Below, in pieces: positions 36,387 to 45,461 of a DNA stretch of 64,000 nucleotides (position 1 is the first letter of the stretch; every line of letters starts with the position of its first letter). The notes beneath the pieces were generated by a model that saw only the letters and a list, made by a program, of their open reading frames with translations, was not told the DNA's origin and searched no databases. Made by a program: the position numbers and the translations under genes. This DNA is from Chloroflexota bacterium (GTDB taxonomy: Bacteria > Chloroflexota > Anaerolineae > Aggregatilineales > UBA3940), in contig JAZIGM010000005.1 in the NCBI GenBank assembly GCA_036679085.1, positions 204,098 through 268,097 on the forward strand, written 5' to 3'.

Positions 36387-36417
36387 CCGGGGCGCTGGGC
36401 CCCGGTTTTTGGTTTTG
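36387..36417 (+). terminator. Rho-independent terminator
   Basis: ccggggc, 5 nt loop, gccccgg, followed by TTTTTGGTTTT. Confidence 0.8.
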
Positions 36418-36474
36418 GCTTGAGTCTGATCGGTATATGTGATTACTCTGTACAAAGGGAGAGGAGATACCACC

Positions 36475-36945
36475 ATGACACAGAATGATAGCAGTGGCGG
36501 CAGCTTTGGTGCGTTTTTGTCCGGGTTCCTGTTCGGCGGGATCATCGGTGCGGCAGCGGCCCTGCTGATGGCCCCGCAGTCCGGCGAGGAGACGCGCCAG
36601 CAGCTTCGCGAGCGCGGCATTGAGCTGCGCGACCGCGCCGGAGAGGAATTCCAGAACGTGCGCGGCCAGGCTGAAGAGGTGATCGTCAGCATGCGCAAGC
36701 AGGCCGGGGACCTCCAGCAGCAGGCACGGCACACGATCAGCGAGGCTCGCAACCGGGTCAGCAGCGCCGCCGAGTCGGGCAAGGAGACCTTCCAGCGCAT
36801 CCGCCATCAGGGCAAGGAATCGCTCGAAGAGATCCAGCAGGAAGGCGAGCAGTTCATCGAGACTGCCATGGAAGAGGGCGAAACGTTCAAGGACGAGGCC
36901 GAGCAGGCCGCCGACGAACTGCGTGACGACTTGGAGAACATCTAG
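36475..36945 (+). CDS. YtxH domain protein
   Basis: ORF trimmed to MTQND (GGAGAGGAG RBS). Contains GGIIGAAAALLMAPQSGEETRQQLRE, followed by a charged helical region. Confidence 0.85.
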   Translation: MTQNDSSGGSFGAFLSGFLFGGIIGAAAALLMAPQSGEETRQQLRERGIELRDRAGEEFQNVRGQAEEVIVSMRKQAGDLQQQARHTISEARNRVSSAAESGKETFQRIRHQGKESLEEIQQEGEQFIETAMEEGETFKDEAEQAADELRDDLENI

Positions 36946-36979
36946 CCATCCGCCACGTTCCGTTCAGCATATCCTGATC

Positions 36980-37018
36980 AAAAAATCCGGGCAGCCATCA
37001 CAGGCCAGCCCGGATTTT
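36980..37018. terminator. Bidirectional terminator between ytxH (+) and nnr (-)
   Basis: A6, atccgggc, 15 nt loop, gcccggat, T4. Confidence 0.7.
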
Positions 37019-37041
37019 GGATCCCACCACAGCCGTCGGGC

Positions 37042-38757
37042 TTACACGCCCGGCGTTTCGATCATGGCGAGCGCCGCCGGGAGCATGTCAAGGACATCGC
37101 CCGCCGTCGTGCTGCGGGTGCTCGTCCCCTCCGCTGCAAGCTGGCCAGCCAGCCCGTGCAGATAGACCCCGACGACCGCCGCATCAAACGGCTCCAGCCC
37201 CTGCGCAACCAGCCCCGCGATACAGCCTGCCAGCACGTCACCCGTGCCCGCCGTTGCCAGTGCGTCGGTCGCAAAGGGGCTTACCACCACGCGCCCATCC
37301 GGGTGCGCGACGAGGGTGTGCGCGCCCTTCAGCACGACGACCGCGCCCCACTCCTTCGCCTTCTCGGCGGCGATCTCAAAGCGGCGCGCCTGGATCTCCT
37401 CGGTTGTCATCCCGGTGAGGCGTGCCATCTCGCCGGGGTGCGGCGTGAGAACTGTCTGCTTCGGCAGCAGCTTCCACCACTCGTCCAGGCGGGCGAGGTT
37501 GTTCAGCCCGTCCGCATCGATGATCAGCGGCGCATCGACCGCAAACGCGCGCTCGATGGGTTCCTCATCGCTATCCGTGCGCAGGCCAAAGCCGATGCGG
37601 CTGCGGCGGCTCTGCCGCCCGCCCTGGAACAGCGCCCGTATGAAGTCCTGTGTCGGCTCCTCCTGCCCCAGCCCAGGCCCGACAAGCACCGCGTTTACGC
37701 CTTCACCAACCTCCTCGCGCAGCACGCGAAGGGCATCCTCGCTGATCACGCCCATGTCCTGCGGGAGCAGAATCCACGTTGCCTCGCGCAATTGGGAGGC
37801 CAGCATCGGGTAGATCGAGGCGGGCACAGCAAGCGTCACCAGCCCGGCACCCGCACGGTAAGCCGCCTCGCCCAGCAGCGCGACCGCGCCGACGTAGTTT
37901 GCCGACCCGGCGATGGCGAGCACCGTGCCAAACGTGCCCTTGTGGGCGTTCGCCGGGCGGTCAGGGAGCAGCCGCGCGATCCCCGGCCCGCTCGCCAGCT
38001 CGACCTGCACGCTGTCCATCTCGGCAAGGTCCGGCGGCGTGCCGATATCGGCGACGACAAGCTGCCCCACCGCGCTCGCGCCGGGGAACGTCAGTTGGCC
38101 GTACTTGGCGGCAGCGAACGTCACGGTGATGTCCGCCGGGATGGTCGCCGGGTCAAGCTCGCCGGTATCGCTGTTCAGCCCGGAGGGGGCGTCCACCGCG
38201 ATAACGACCGGCCCGCGCGCCGGAGCAGACACCGGGTGCGCCGGCCAGATAAGGCCCTCCTCATCCCAATCGTCTGAGCCGCTGGCATCTCGCTGTAGCG
38301 ACGCCGCGACCTGCTCCAGCAGTTCTTGCAGCCTGCCCTCGATGGGGAGCCGCGCGCCTGTACCCAGCAGCGCATCGACGATAATGTCCGCACCCGCGGC
38401 AAGCTCGCGCAGCGCCTGCCAGCCATCGTCATCATCCGCCGTGCTGATAACTACGCCCGCATCACGCGCGGCGGTGAAAACCTCGTCGCTCTCCTCACGC
38501 GGTTTGAGCAGGTAAGCATCGACGCGGGCGTCGCTCTGCTCGGCAAGGATGCGAGCCGCGACCAGCCCGTCGCCGCCGTTGTTGCCCGGTCCAACGAGCA
38601 CCAGCACGCGCGCCTCGGGCATGTCGCGCACCATTCGCAGCACGATCTCAGCGACCGCGCCCCCGGCTCGCTGCATCATCTCTGCGTAGCTGACGCCCGC
38701 TGCGTCGGTCGCCTTCTCAATAGCCTTCATCTCCTCGACGCTGACAACCTTGACCAT
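37042..38757 (-). CDS. nnr: Bifunctional NAD(P)H-hydrate repair enzyme (epimerase plus ADP-dependent dehydratase)
   Basis: YjeF N-domain (VLVLVGPGNNGGDGLVAAR) and C-domain (HKGTFGTVLAIAGSANYVGA...GTGDVLAG). AGGAGA RBS. Confidence 0.92.
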   Translation of the reverse strand: MVKVVSVEEMKAIEKATDAAGVSYAEMMQRAGGAVAEIVLRMVRDMPEARVLVLVGPGNNGGDGLVAARILAEQSDARVDAYLLKPREESDEVFTAARDAGVVISTADDDDGWQALRELAAGADIIVDALLGTGARLPIEGRLQELLEQVAASLQRDASGSDDWDEEGLIWPAHPVSAPARGPVVIAVDAPSGLNSDTGELDPATIPADITVTFAAAKYGQLTFPGASAVGQLVVADIGTPPDLAEMDSVQVELASGPGIARLLPDRPANAHKGTFGTVLAIAGSANYVGAVALLGEAAYRAGAGLVTLAVPASIYPMLASQLREATWILLPQDMGVISEDALRVLREEVGEGVNAVLVGPGLGQEEPTQDFIRALFQGGRQSRRSRIGFGLRTDSDEEPIERAFAVDAPLIIDADGLNNLARLDEWWKLLPKQTVLTPHPGEMARLTGMTTEEIQARRFEIAAEKAKEWGAVVVLKGAHTLVAHPDGRVVVSPFATDALATAGTGDVLAGCIAGLVAQGLEPFDAAVVGVYLHGLAGQLAAEGTSTRSTTAGDVLDMLPAALAMIETPGV

Positions 38758-38888
38758 ACCTGTCTCCTGGTTTCTGTTCCGGTATAAGAGGGATTAACTA
38801 CCAAGTGTCCGTGCAGGGGGCTTGCCGTCCACCCGCCACCATGACTATACAAATCGCACCGGCGCTGTGCCATGCGAGGGACCCGCCC

Positions 38889-39434
38889 CTACTCCAGCGG
38901 CAGGTCACCCTCGTCCGGCAGGTGAATGACGTGGTAGAGGACCACCGCCGCCGATACATGGACGTTCAGCGACTTGCCCTTGCCATACATCGGTACGAAC
39001 ACCGACGAGTCGCACAGCGCCAGAGCGCCCCGCGTCACGCCGTGATCCTCGTTGCCGAGCACCAGAGCCAACCGCTCCGGGTACTCGACTTCATAGTAAG
39101 GCAGCGATTGGTCCGTGATCTCCAGCGCCGAGATGTGGTAGCCTTCGTCGCGTAGTCGCACGAGCACGTCCTCGGCGTTCTTCTCATACGACCACCGAAC
39201 ATCGGTGTCCTTGTTGCGGCCCACCTTCATGATCGTCTTATTCGGCGGGGTGGGAGTCGCGCCGCACAGATACATATGCCGCACGTTGACGGCATCCGCG
39301 ATGCGAAAGAGCGAGCCGACGTTGACCGGGTAGCTCACGCTCTGCAGGACGAGCACAATATCCCGCGTCTGCGGGTGCTCGCGCCGCCAGTCCCGCAGAA
39401 ACCGCTTCAGCGGCGTACCCCGAAGCTGCTGCAT
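38889..39434 (-). CDS. TrmH/SpoU-family RNA 2'-O-methyltransferase
   Basis: NVGSLFRIADA, LVLGNEDHGV and SLNVHVSAAVVLYH motifs. Confidence 0.88.
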   Translation of the reverse strand: MQQLRGTPLKRFLRDWRREHPQTRDIVLVLQSVSYPVNVGSLFRIADAVNVRHMYLCGATPTPPNKTIMKVGRNKDTDVRWSYEKNAEDVLVRLRDEGYHISALEITDQSLPYYEVEYPERLALVLGNEDHGVTRGALALCDSSVFVPMYGKGKSLNVHVSAAVVLYHVIHLPDEGDLPLE

Positions 39435-39447
39435 CGCCCCACCCTGC

Positions 39448-39690
39448 CTACTGCTGGCGTCGCGTCACAAAGCGCCACGCGATGAGCAGCCCGATCACCG
39501 TGCCGACGATCGGGCCGGTCGCAATCGCGATCAGCATGTGGATGTTCTCAGGGAGGTCAAACGGCTGCAGCGCCAGGTACACCAGCCCGCTGATGAGGGC
39601 GAACAGCAGGAACAGCCCCAGCCCGAGGAGACACCCCCTGCCGACGCCTGTAGCCACTGCACTTGCGGGGTCGGGATTATTCGACATCAT
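39448..39690 (-). CDS. Small membrane protein (80 aa, 2 TM)
   Basis: Hydrophobic hairpin. Overlaps the upstream gene's stop by 14 nt. Confidence 0.5.
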   Translation of the reverse strand: MMSNNPDPASAVATGVGRGCLLGLGLFLLFALISGLVYLALQPFDLPENIHMLIAIATGPIVGTVIGLLIAWRFVTRRQQ

Positions 39691-40165
39691 GCACCGTCAC
39701 CGTGAGCGTGTCCGTATCGAGGAGCATGAAGGTGCTGCGCCCGAAGCGCCCCATAATCTCGCCAGGGTTGACGAGCAGCGTCTCGCCAACGCGCTCCTCG
39801 TGCAGCGTGTGGTCGTGCCCGTAGCACACGACATCGTACTGGCCGCTTGCCGCCAGCCCGCGCGCGATCTCCGGGTAGTGGTTCACAGCGATGCGCCGCC
39901 CACCCAGCTCCAACTCGGCAAACTGGCCGTGGAGCGTGGCATTGCCGGCCTTCTGCGCCATCGCCAGCAGCAGCCGCGGGTCGCCGTCGTTGTTGCCCAG
40001 CACGGCGTGCACCGGCCCGTTGATGCCCTCGGCAAGCTGCGTCAGCGTGAACGGCGCGCAGAAGTCCCCGCAGAAGATCAGCGCCTCCACGTCGCGCATC
40101 ATCTGCAGGGCTGTTTCCAGCTTCCAGATGTTGTCGTGGATATCCGAGCAGATGGCAATCTGCAT
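39677..40165 (-). CDS. YfcE/MJ0936-family metallophosphoesterase
   Basis: ORF trimmed to MQIAICSDIHDN. GDFC, GNNDGD and GHDH motifs. Confidence 0.85.
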   Translation of the reverse strand: MQIAICSDIHDNIWKLETALQMMRDVEALIFCGDFCAPFTLTQLAEGINGPVHAVLGNNDGDPRLLLAMAQKAGNATLHGQFAELELGGRRIAVNHYPEIARGLAASGQYDVVCYGHDHTLHEERVGETLLVNPGEIMGRFGRSTFMLLDTDTLTVTVHDVE

Positions 40166-40207
40166 TGGCTTCCTCCTCGGCAAAACAGGTTAAAGGCAGG
40201 GCGGCGC

Positions 40208-41785
40208 TCAACGATCCCCGTCGCGCTCCTCACGCAACCGGCGCAGCAGGCGACGGCGGAAGCGGAACTCGAAGATCGCCACGACGATGACGATGGCGAT
40301 CAGCCCCAACCACCACGCCGGCGAGCGCCTGCCGACTCCATTATCGCTCGCCACGAGCACGTTTTCATTCGACGGCAGCGGCTCCACGGACACGATGCCC
40401 GGCAGGTCGCCATCCGGCCCAGCAGCGCCCTCGCCCACCCGCTCGATCACGTACACCGGCGGCCCGCCGATCATGCAGTAATCACCGACCGTCTCCTGGC
40501 ATTCCCCGGCGTAGAGCGGCACGGTGTATTCGCCGTTCTCAGGCACGAGGGGCGTCTCATTGCCCCACATGTCCATCATCACCGCCGAGCTTGCGAGCGC
40601 CGGTATCCGCGCGATCTGCGCCTCCGGCACCCGGTTCCACAGGATACGCGTGACCTTGCCCGGCCCCCCGGTGACGACCTGCGACACCTCGCCGCGCTCG
40701 CTCCACGTCACGACCCCGGCATCCGCAAGCGCCCGCATGGCGACCCGTGCGGTGGTAAACGCCGGGCGGTGCGAGCCATCCTCACGCACCAGCCCGAACG
40801 GCTCCGGGTTCGCGGTAATGTCGCCGGGGGTGTCCACCAGCTTGTAGATGGCCACCCGCTCCGCCCCGGCGGCGAGCGCCAGCGCAAGCGCCTGCGGCAT
40901 GTAGGCGGCCTGCTCCAGCAGCGAGACACGAAAGGTAATATCGCTGACGGGCCAGGCCGGGTCGGAGGACGGTGCGGCGTTCGTCTCCACCAGCCAGAAG
41001 GGCTTATCCAGCCCGCGCTCCGACTGGAAGCCCTGGTACATCTCCAGTACCTCGTACACCGTCGCCGGGTTGAAGTACAGGTTCAGCGTGGCAACGTCGT
41101 AGTAATAATTGTGCTCCGCCGCTTCCGGCTCCGCGACGATGGCATCCAGCAGTGCGGGGAAGGTCAGGTCGCGCCCGTGCTCAACATCCCACCAGTGGCT
41201 CATGGCCGCGAGGTGGATAACTGCGTCGGGGTTGGTTTCCCTGGCAACGAGGTAAGTCGTCTTAAGAAGCTGGACGTAGTCCTCCAGCGTGCCGGGCCAT
41301 GTAAACGCCGGGTGGGTCGGATCCCACACGTCGGGCTCGTTCCACACAATCCAGTGGTCGATCCGCCCCGCATAGCGCGAGACGACCTCGCGCACGAAGT
41401 TTGCCCACAGGTTGCCGTCATCCTCCGGCGGGAGGTCCAGCCCGCGCGGCAGGCCGCTGTCATCTGCGGCCCACTCCGGTACGCCGATCAGCAGCCCGAC
41501 GACCTCACGGCCCGCGCGCTGCTCGCCCGCAAGCTGGGCCTCGGTTAGCTCAGCGTCGATCCACTGGTCAGGCCCATCCGGCTGGATAAGCCCCCAGTGG
41601 AAGCGCGCCCGGCTCCAGCCCGCGCCAAGCTCGGCGGCATCCTCCGGGGCGTCATGCGCCTCGACAACGCCGAAACGCGGATCCGCACCCTGCGCCGCGT
41701 GCGTCGCGCCTGCCATCAGGAGCGGCACGAGCGCCGCGATGAGCAAAGCCAGCCACCACGCCGGGCGGCGCGCAGGTTCAGGCAT
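40208..41785 (-). CDS. Exported clan GH-A-like glycoside hydrolase with a C-terminal TM anchor
   Basis: Signal peptide (WWLALLIAALVPLLMAGATHAAQG), acid/base-like WNEPD and nucleophile-like LVETNA. The C-terminal WWLGLIAIVIVVAIF is followed by a basic tail. Confidence 0.65.
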   Translation of the reverse strand: MPEPARRPAWWLALLIAALVPLLMAGATHAAQGADPRFGVVEAHDAPEDAAELGAGWSRARFHWGLIQPDGPDQWIDAELTEAQLAGEQRAGREVVGLLIGVPEWAADDSGLPRGLDLPPEDDGNLWANFVREVVSRYAGRIDHWIVWNEPDVWDPTHPAFTWPGTLEDYVQLLKTTYLVARETNPDAVIHLAAMSHWWDVEHGRDLTFPALLDAIVAEPEAAEHNYYYDVATLNLYFNPATVYEVLEMYQGFQSERGLDKPFWLVETNAAPSSDPAWPVSDITFRVSLLEQAAYMPQALALALAAGAERVAIYKLVDTPGDITANPEPFGLVREDGSHRPAFTTARVAMRALADAGVVTWSERGEVSQVVTGGPGKVTRILWNRVPEAQIARIPALASSAVMMDMWGNETPLVPENGEYTVPLYAGECQETVGDYCMIGGPPVYVIERVGEGAAGPDGDLPGIVSVEPLPSNENVLVASDNGVGRRSPAWWLGLIAIVIVVAIFEFRFRRRLLRRLREERDGDR

Positions 41786-42444
41786 TACAGGCCCCCTTCC
41801 GGCCAGTTCGGCAGACGCTCGGCAACCGTCGCCGCAAACGCGCGGAAGTCATCCGGCTCCATCTCCGCCCCCGCCCACCAGCGAGCTTCTTCGGCGACGC
41901 GCAATGGCTCCTGCTCGGCAAAGAGTTCGGGGACCCTGTCTGCCTCTTTACGCGGGATGAGTTCGACAAACGCCTGCCAGCCGGGCAGTTCGCGGGCATC
42001 CTCCGGCTTCATAAAAGCGTACACCGTCACCATATCGTCGCCCTTAGCGAGCTGCAGCGCCGCACAGATCCAGCCCTTTGGCACCCATGCCCGCCGTGAG
42101 GTAATGGTGAAGCCCCAGGCCAGCACCCTGATATCCTCTGCCCAGCGCAGCGTGGTTTTCTCGCCTGTTTTCTCGTGCAGCGTTACCGTCTCGTCCGTCA
42201 CGATCAACTCACGCCCGCTGGGCCAGCGCCCGCGCAGCACCCGCTCTGCCGCCAGCGAGACCCCGACGGCAAAGAGCGCGCCCACCAGCAGCCCCAGCAG
42301 GAGCGGTGAGCCTTCGATGCCGAGGGCGCTGAACAGCAGCCGCACGCCGAAATACCCCGCCATAAAGCCAATAACCAGGCTGAAGCCCACGGCAAGGCGC
42401 AGGTTTGAATGGTTCGGATCAACGCGGTAAACGGTTTGAGGCAT
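41785..42444 (-). CDS. Hypothetical membrane protein (2 TM helices plus a soluble domain)
   Basis: TAATG stop/start overlap with the downstream hydrolase gene. No domain recognised. Confidence 0.55.
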   Translation of the reverse strand: MPQTVYRVDPNHSNLRLAVGFSLVIGFMAGYFGVRLLFSALGIEGSPLLLGLLVGALFAVGVSLAAERVLRGRWPSGRELIVTDETVTLHEKTGEKTTLRWAEDIRVLAWGFTITSRRAWVPKGWICAALQLAKGDDMVTVYAFMKPEDARELPGWQAFVELIPRKEADRVPELFAEQEPLRVAEEARWWAGAEMEPDDFRAFAATVAERLPNWPEGGL

Positions 42445-42463
42445 GGGCTGACCGGCTGAATTA

Positions 42464-42491
42464 TTGCGAATTGACTTTCAGGCTATAGAAT
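42464..42491 (+). promoter_or_regulatory. Candidate promoter for the DapA-like operon
   Basis: TTGCGA, 16 nt spacer, TAGAAT. Followed by a ~125 nt leader. Confidence 0.5.
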
Positions 42492-42620
42492 CGGGTGAGG
42501 CACGAGCAATCGCCCGACACATGGGCAGATGTCGATTTTATCACCGGCTCGGGTGCCTGTCGAGTGCTGCTGGATGCAGCACTTGTCGTTAGCCGGCCCG
42601 GATGCCAAGGAGCGGATCGC

Positions 42621-43583
42621 ATGAGCAAGCCGCAGGACGGCGTGTATGCAGCCGTCGTCACCCCATATGACGCGACCAGCCAGACCCCCTCGCCGGAGCA
42701 GCTTGCCGCCTGCCTGGGTCAGCTTGCGAGGCAGGGCTGTCACGGTGCGCTGCTGGCCGGTACCACCGGCGAAGGCCCCTCGCTGAGCACGGCAGAGCGT
42801 GCGGCGCTCTTCCAGGCAGCCGCCGGCGCGAACAGTGGCCTGACGCTGCTTGCAGGCACGGGGGCTGCCAGCCTTGACGACGCCCTCACGCTGACCCGCG
42901 CCGCCTTCGACGCGGGCTGCGACGCCGCCGTGATCATCCCGCCGTTCTTCTTTCGCGGCGCGGACGACGACGGGTTGTTCGACTTCTTCGCTGCCGTCAT
43001 CCGGCAGAGCGTGCCCACCGACGGCGCAGTGCTGCTGTATCACAACCCGGTCGCCGCGGCTGTTGGCCTGTCGGTTGAATTGATCGCCCGCCTGCGCGAC
43101 GCCTTCCCGGAGCAGGTCGTGGGCATCAAGGACAGCAGCCAGAACTGGGAGCACACCCGCACGCTGCTTGAGATGCTCCCCGGCTTCCAGGTATTCGTCG
43201 GCGATGATCGCCTGCTTGCGGACAACCTCGCCGGGGGCGGGGCCGGTTCCATTACGCTGATCGCCAACGCCTTCGGCGACCTTGACCGCGCAGTGTTTGA
43301 CGCGCACGCCGCGGGTCAGCCGACCGCCGCCGCGCAGGAGCGCCTGAACGTGACACACGCCCAGCTTGACGGCCTGCCCCGCATCGCGGCGATCAAGTAC
43401 ATCCTGCGGGCGGGCGGCATCATCGAGAACGACGCCGTCAGGCCGCCGCTGCGCAGGCTGACCGAGGCGGAGGAGGCGGTGCTCAAAGAGCGCTTCATGC
43501 TGGACCGTGAGATCCCGCGCACCATCCACCTGAGCGACATCTACAACTTCCACGCTGGGGACGAGGGCGCCAACCACCAGTAA
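42621..43583 (+). CDS. Dihydrodipicolinate synthase / N-acetylneuraminate lyase-family class I aldolase
   Basis: ORF 42495.. trimmed to MSKPQDG (AAGGAG 9 nt upstream). GTTGEGPS, YHNP and Schiff-base Lys context (VGIKDSS). Confidence 0.85.
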   Translation: MSKPQDGVYAAVVTPYDATSQTPSPEQLAACLGQLARQGCHGALLAGTTGEGPSLSTAERAALFQAAAGANSGLTLLAGTGAASLDDALTLTRAAFDAGCDAAVIIPPFFFRGADDDGLFDFFAAVIRQSVPTDGAVLLYHNPVAAAVGLSVELIARLRDAFPEQVVGIKDSSQNWEHTRTLLEMLPGFQVFVGDDRLLADNLAGGGAGSITLIANAFGDLDRAVFDAHAAGQPTAAAQERLNVTHAQLDGLPRIAAIKYILRAGGIIENDAVRPPLRRLTEAEEAVLKERFMLDREIPRTIHLSDIYNFHAGDEGANHQ

Positions 43584-43602
43584 GCAAGAGGGGGAACACG
43601 TC

Positions 43603-44763
43603 ATGGAGCGCCCACCGCTCGACATCGGCATTGAAGAAGAGTACCAGATTATCGACCCGCAAACGCGCGAGCTGACCTCGTATGTGCAGCAGTTTCTGAA
43701 CGTAGGGCGCGTGCGCGGCAGGCGCATCCAGCAGGAGTTCATGCAGTCGCAGGTGGAGATCGGCACGCGGGTCTGCAAGAACATTGACGAGGCGCGCGAG
43801 GAGATCAGGCACATGCGCCGCACCATGCTGGAGATCGCCGACAGCGCCGGGGTATGGCTCGCTGCCGCCGGGACGCACCCGTTCTCGCGCTGGGAGGATC
43901 AGGTCATCTCGGAGAGCGAGCGCTACGTCGAGTTTGTTGAGTCGATGCAGCATGTCGTGCGCAGCCTGCTGATCTTCGGCATGCACGTGCATATCGGCTT
44001 TGGTGATACCCCGGCACAGCGCGAACTGCTCATTACCGTGATGAACCAGGCGCGCTACTTCGTGCCGCACATCCTCGCGCTCTCCACAAGCTCGCCTTTC
44101 TGGATGGGGCACAACACCGGCCTGAAGAGCTACCGCAACATCGTCTTTGAGTCGATGCCGCGTACCGGCCTGCCCATGGAGTTCCGCTCGTGGTCCGAGT
44201 ACGAGAACTTCACGCGGGTGCTGGCAAACGTCGGCGCGCTGCAGCGCACCAGCGACGGCCAGATCGACACCACACGCATCTGGTGGGACATGCGGCCCCA
44301 TCCCCGATACAATACACTCGAATTTCGCGTGTGTGACATGGTCACCACGCTGGACGAGGTGATCTGCATTGCCGCGTTGTTCCAGGCGCTCGTCGCCAAG
44401 CTGGTGAAGCTGCGCGAGCAGAACATTATGTGGCGCATCTACCGCCGGGACCTCGTGCGGGAGAACAAGTGGCGAGCGGTGCGCTACGGCGTCACCGGCA
44501 GCCTGATCGACTTCGGCAAAGAGGAGCAGGTCCCTTTCCCCGACCTCGTGGACGAGCTTATCGACTTTCTCGACGATGTTGTCGACGAGCTTGGTAGCCG
44601 CGAGGCGGTTGAGTACGCCCGAGTAATCGCCCGCAATGGCAGCAGCGCCGACCGGCAGCTTCGCGTGTACGAGGCCAGCCTTGCGGCGGGGCTGGATCAG
44701 CGTGCGGCGCTGCAGGCCGTCGTTGATCATCTGGTAGAGGAAACACGAAGCGGATTAATATGA
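43603..44763 (+). CDS. Carboxylate-amine ligase, YbdK / glutamate-cysteine ligase family 2
   Basis: GCS2-like motifs (EEEYQIIDP, AAAGTHPF, GMHVHIG). GAGGGGG RBS. Confidence 0.85.
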   Translation: MERPPLDIGIEEEYQIIDPQTRELTSYVQQFLNVGRVRGRRIQQEFMQSQVEIGTRVCKNIDEAREEIRHMRRTMLEIADSAGVWLAAAGTHPFSRWEDQVISESERYVEFVESMQHVVRSLLIFGMHVHIGFGDTPAQRELLITVMNQARYFVPHILALSTSSPFWMGHNTGLKSYRNIVFESMPRTGLPMEFRSWSEYENFTRVLANVGALQRTSDGQIDTTRIWWDMRPHPRYNTLEFRVCDMVTTLDEVICIAALFQALVAKLVKLREQNIMWRIYRRDLVRENKWRAVRYGVTGSLIDFGKEEQVPFPDLVDELIDFLDDVVDELGSREAVEYARVIARNGSSADRQLRVYEASLAAGLDQRAALQAVVDHLVEETRSGLI

Positions 44764-45443
44764 ACGCTCAACGCTGGATCGCAGTCGGATTTCTGGGGCT
44801 GATCGCCCTGTGCCTGGCTAGCAGCAGCCTGTGGCTGCCCTCGCTCGGTCTGTTTGGCGATGAGGAAGAGACGGCATCTGCCACCACAACGCCAGAGGCC
44901 GAGGTCGCCGAGGCGGCGGAGAACGAGGCGGAAGCCGAAGGCACGCCGGAAGACGGCGAGACGGAGGAAGCAGCGGCTGCCGCAACCGAGGAGTTGACAC
45001 CGACCCCCGAGCCAACGCTCGACCCGGCAATTGCCGAGATGCTCACCGAGCTTGAGGTCGAGGAACTCGGGCCGGGTATCGACCCGCACATCACACGGGC
45101 GGGCGACTTCACCACCGTCGATCCGCTGCACCGGGCCGAGGGCACTGCCTCTCTCTACCAGCTCAGCGAGTCACAGCGCGTGCTGCGTCTCGACCCGTTC
45201 ATGGTCACGAACGGGCCTGATCTTAAGGTGATCCTCTCCGAGAACGAGATGCCGCGCACGAGCACCGAGACGATGCTGCCGTCACACCTGGACCTCGGCG
45301 ACCTGAAAAGCCCGACCGGCGCGCAGAACTACCCCATCCCTGAGGGCGAGAACATCGACAAGTACCGCAGCGTCGTGATCTACAGCATGTCGCTCAACAT
45401 GGTCTACAGCAGCGCCCCGCTGATCGAAGTGCGCGGCGGTTAG
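44760..45443 (+). CDS. Membrane-anchored DM13 domain protein with an acidic linker
   Basis: ATGA overlap with the upstream gene. N-terminal TM helix, E/A/T-rich linker, and a DM13-like C-terminus (GDFTTVDPLHRAEGTASLYQ...GPDLKVILS...YRSVVIYS). Confidence 0.75.
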   Translation: MNAQRWIAVGFLGLIALCLASSSLWLPSLGLFGDEEETASATTTPEAEVAEAAENEAEAEGTPEDGETEEAAAAATEELTPTPEPTLDPAIAEMLTELEVEELGPGIDPHITRAGDFTTVDPLHRAEGTASLYQLSESQRVLRLDPFMVTNGPDLKVILSENEMPRTSTETMLPSHLDLGDLKSPTGAQNYPIPEGENIDKYRSVVIYSMSLNMVYSSAPLIEVRGG

Positions 45444-45461
45444 CGACCCCGGCGCGGCAGC

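Noticed and set aside
39482-41548. 688-aa plus-strand ORF running antisense across three minus-strand genes.
   Set aside because: It overlaps well-supported YfcE and hydrolase genes. The translation is Arg/Pro/His-rich with no recognisable motif, which is a typical GC-driven shadow ORF.
42495-42620. N-terminal extensions offered by the ORF track. The cases are 42495 for the DapA-like gene, 958 for STAS, 50752 for the response regulator, 25669 for tig, 49191 for the kinase, 48148 for PHP, 49119 for the flippase-like gene, 19418 for the hybrid kinase and 54587 for TPR.
   Set aside because: In each case an internal start has a proper SD at 6-11 nt and matches the conserved N-terminus of the family. 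The extension is also compositionally odd or lies upstream of the predicted promoter.
44830-45010. GAG/GCN-rich repetitive DNA (also at 27100-27390) as a possible VNTR or non-coding repeat.
   Set aside because: It is in-frame low-complexity coding sequence (acidic Glu/Ala linkers of the DM13 protein and the trigger factor tail), and no exact tandem unit is discernible.
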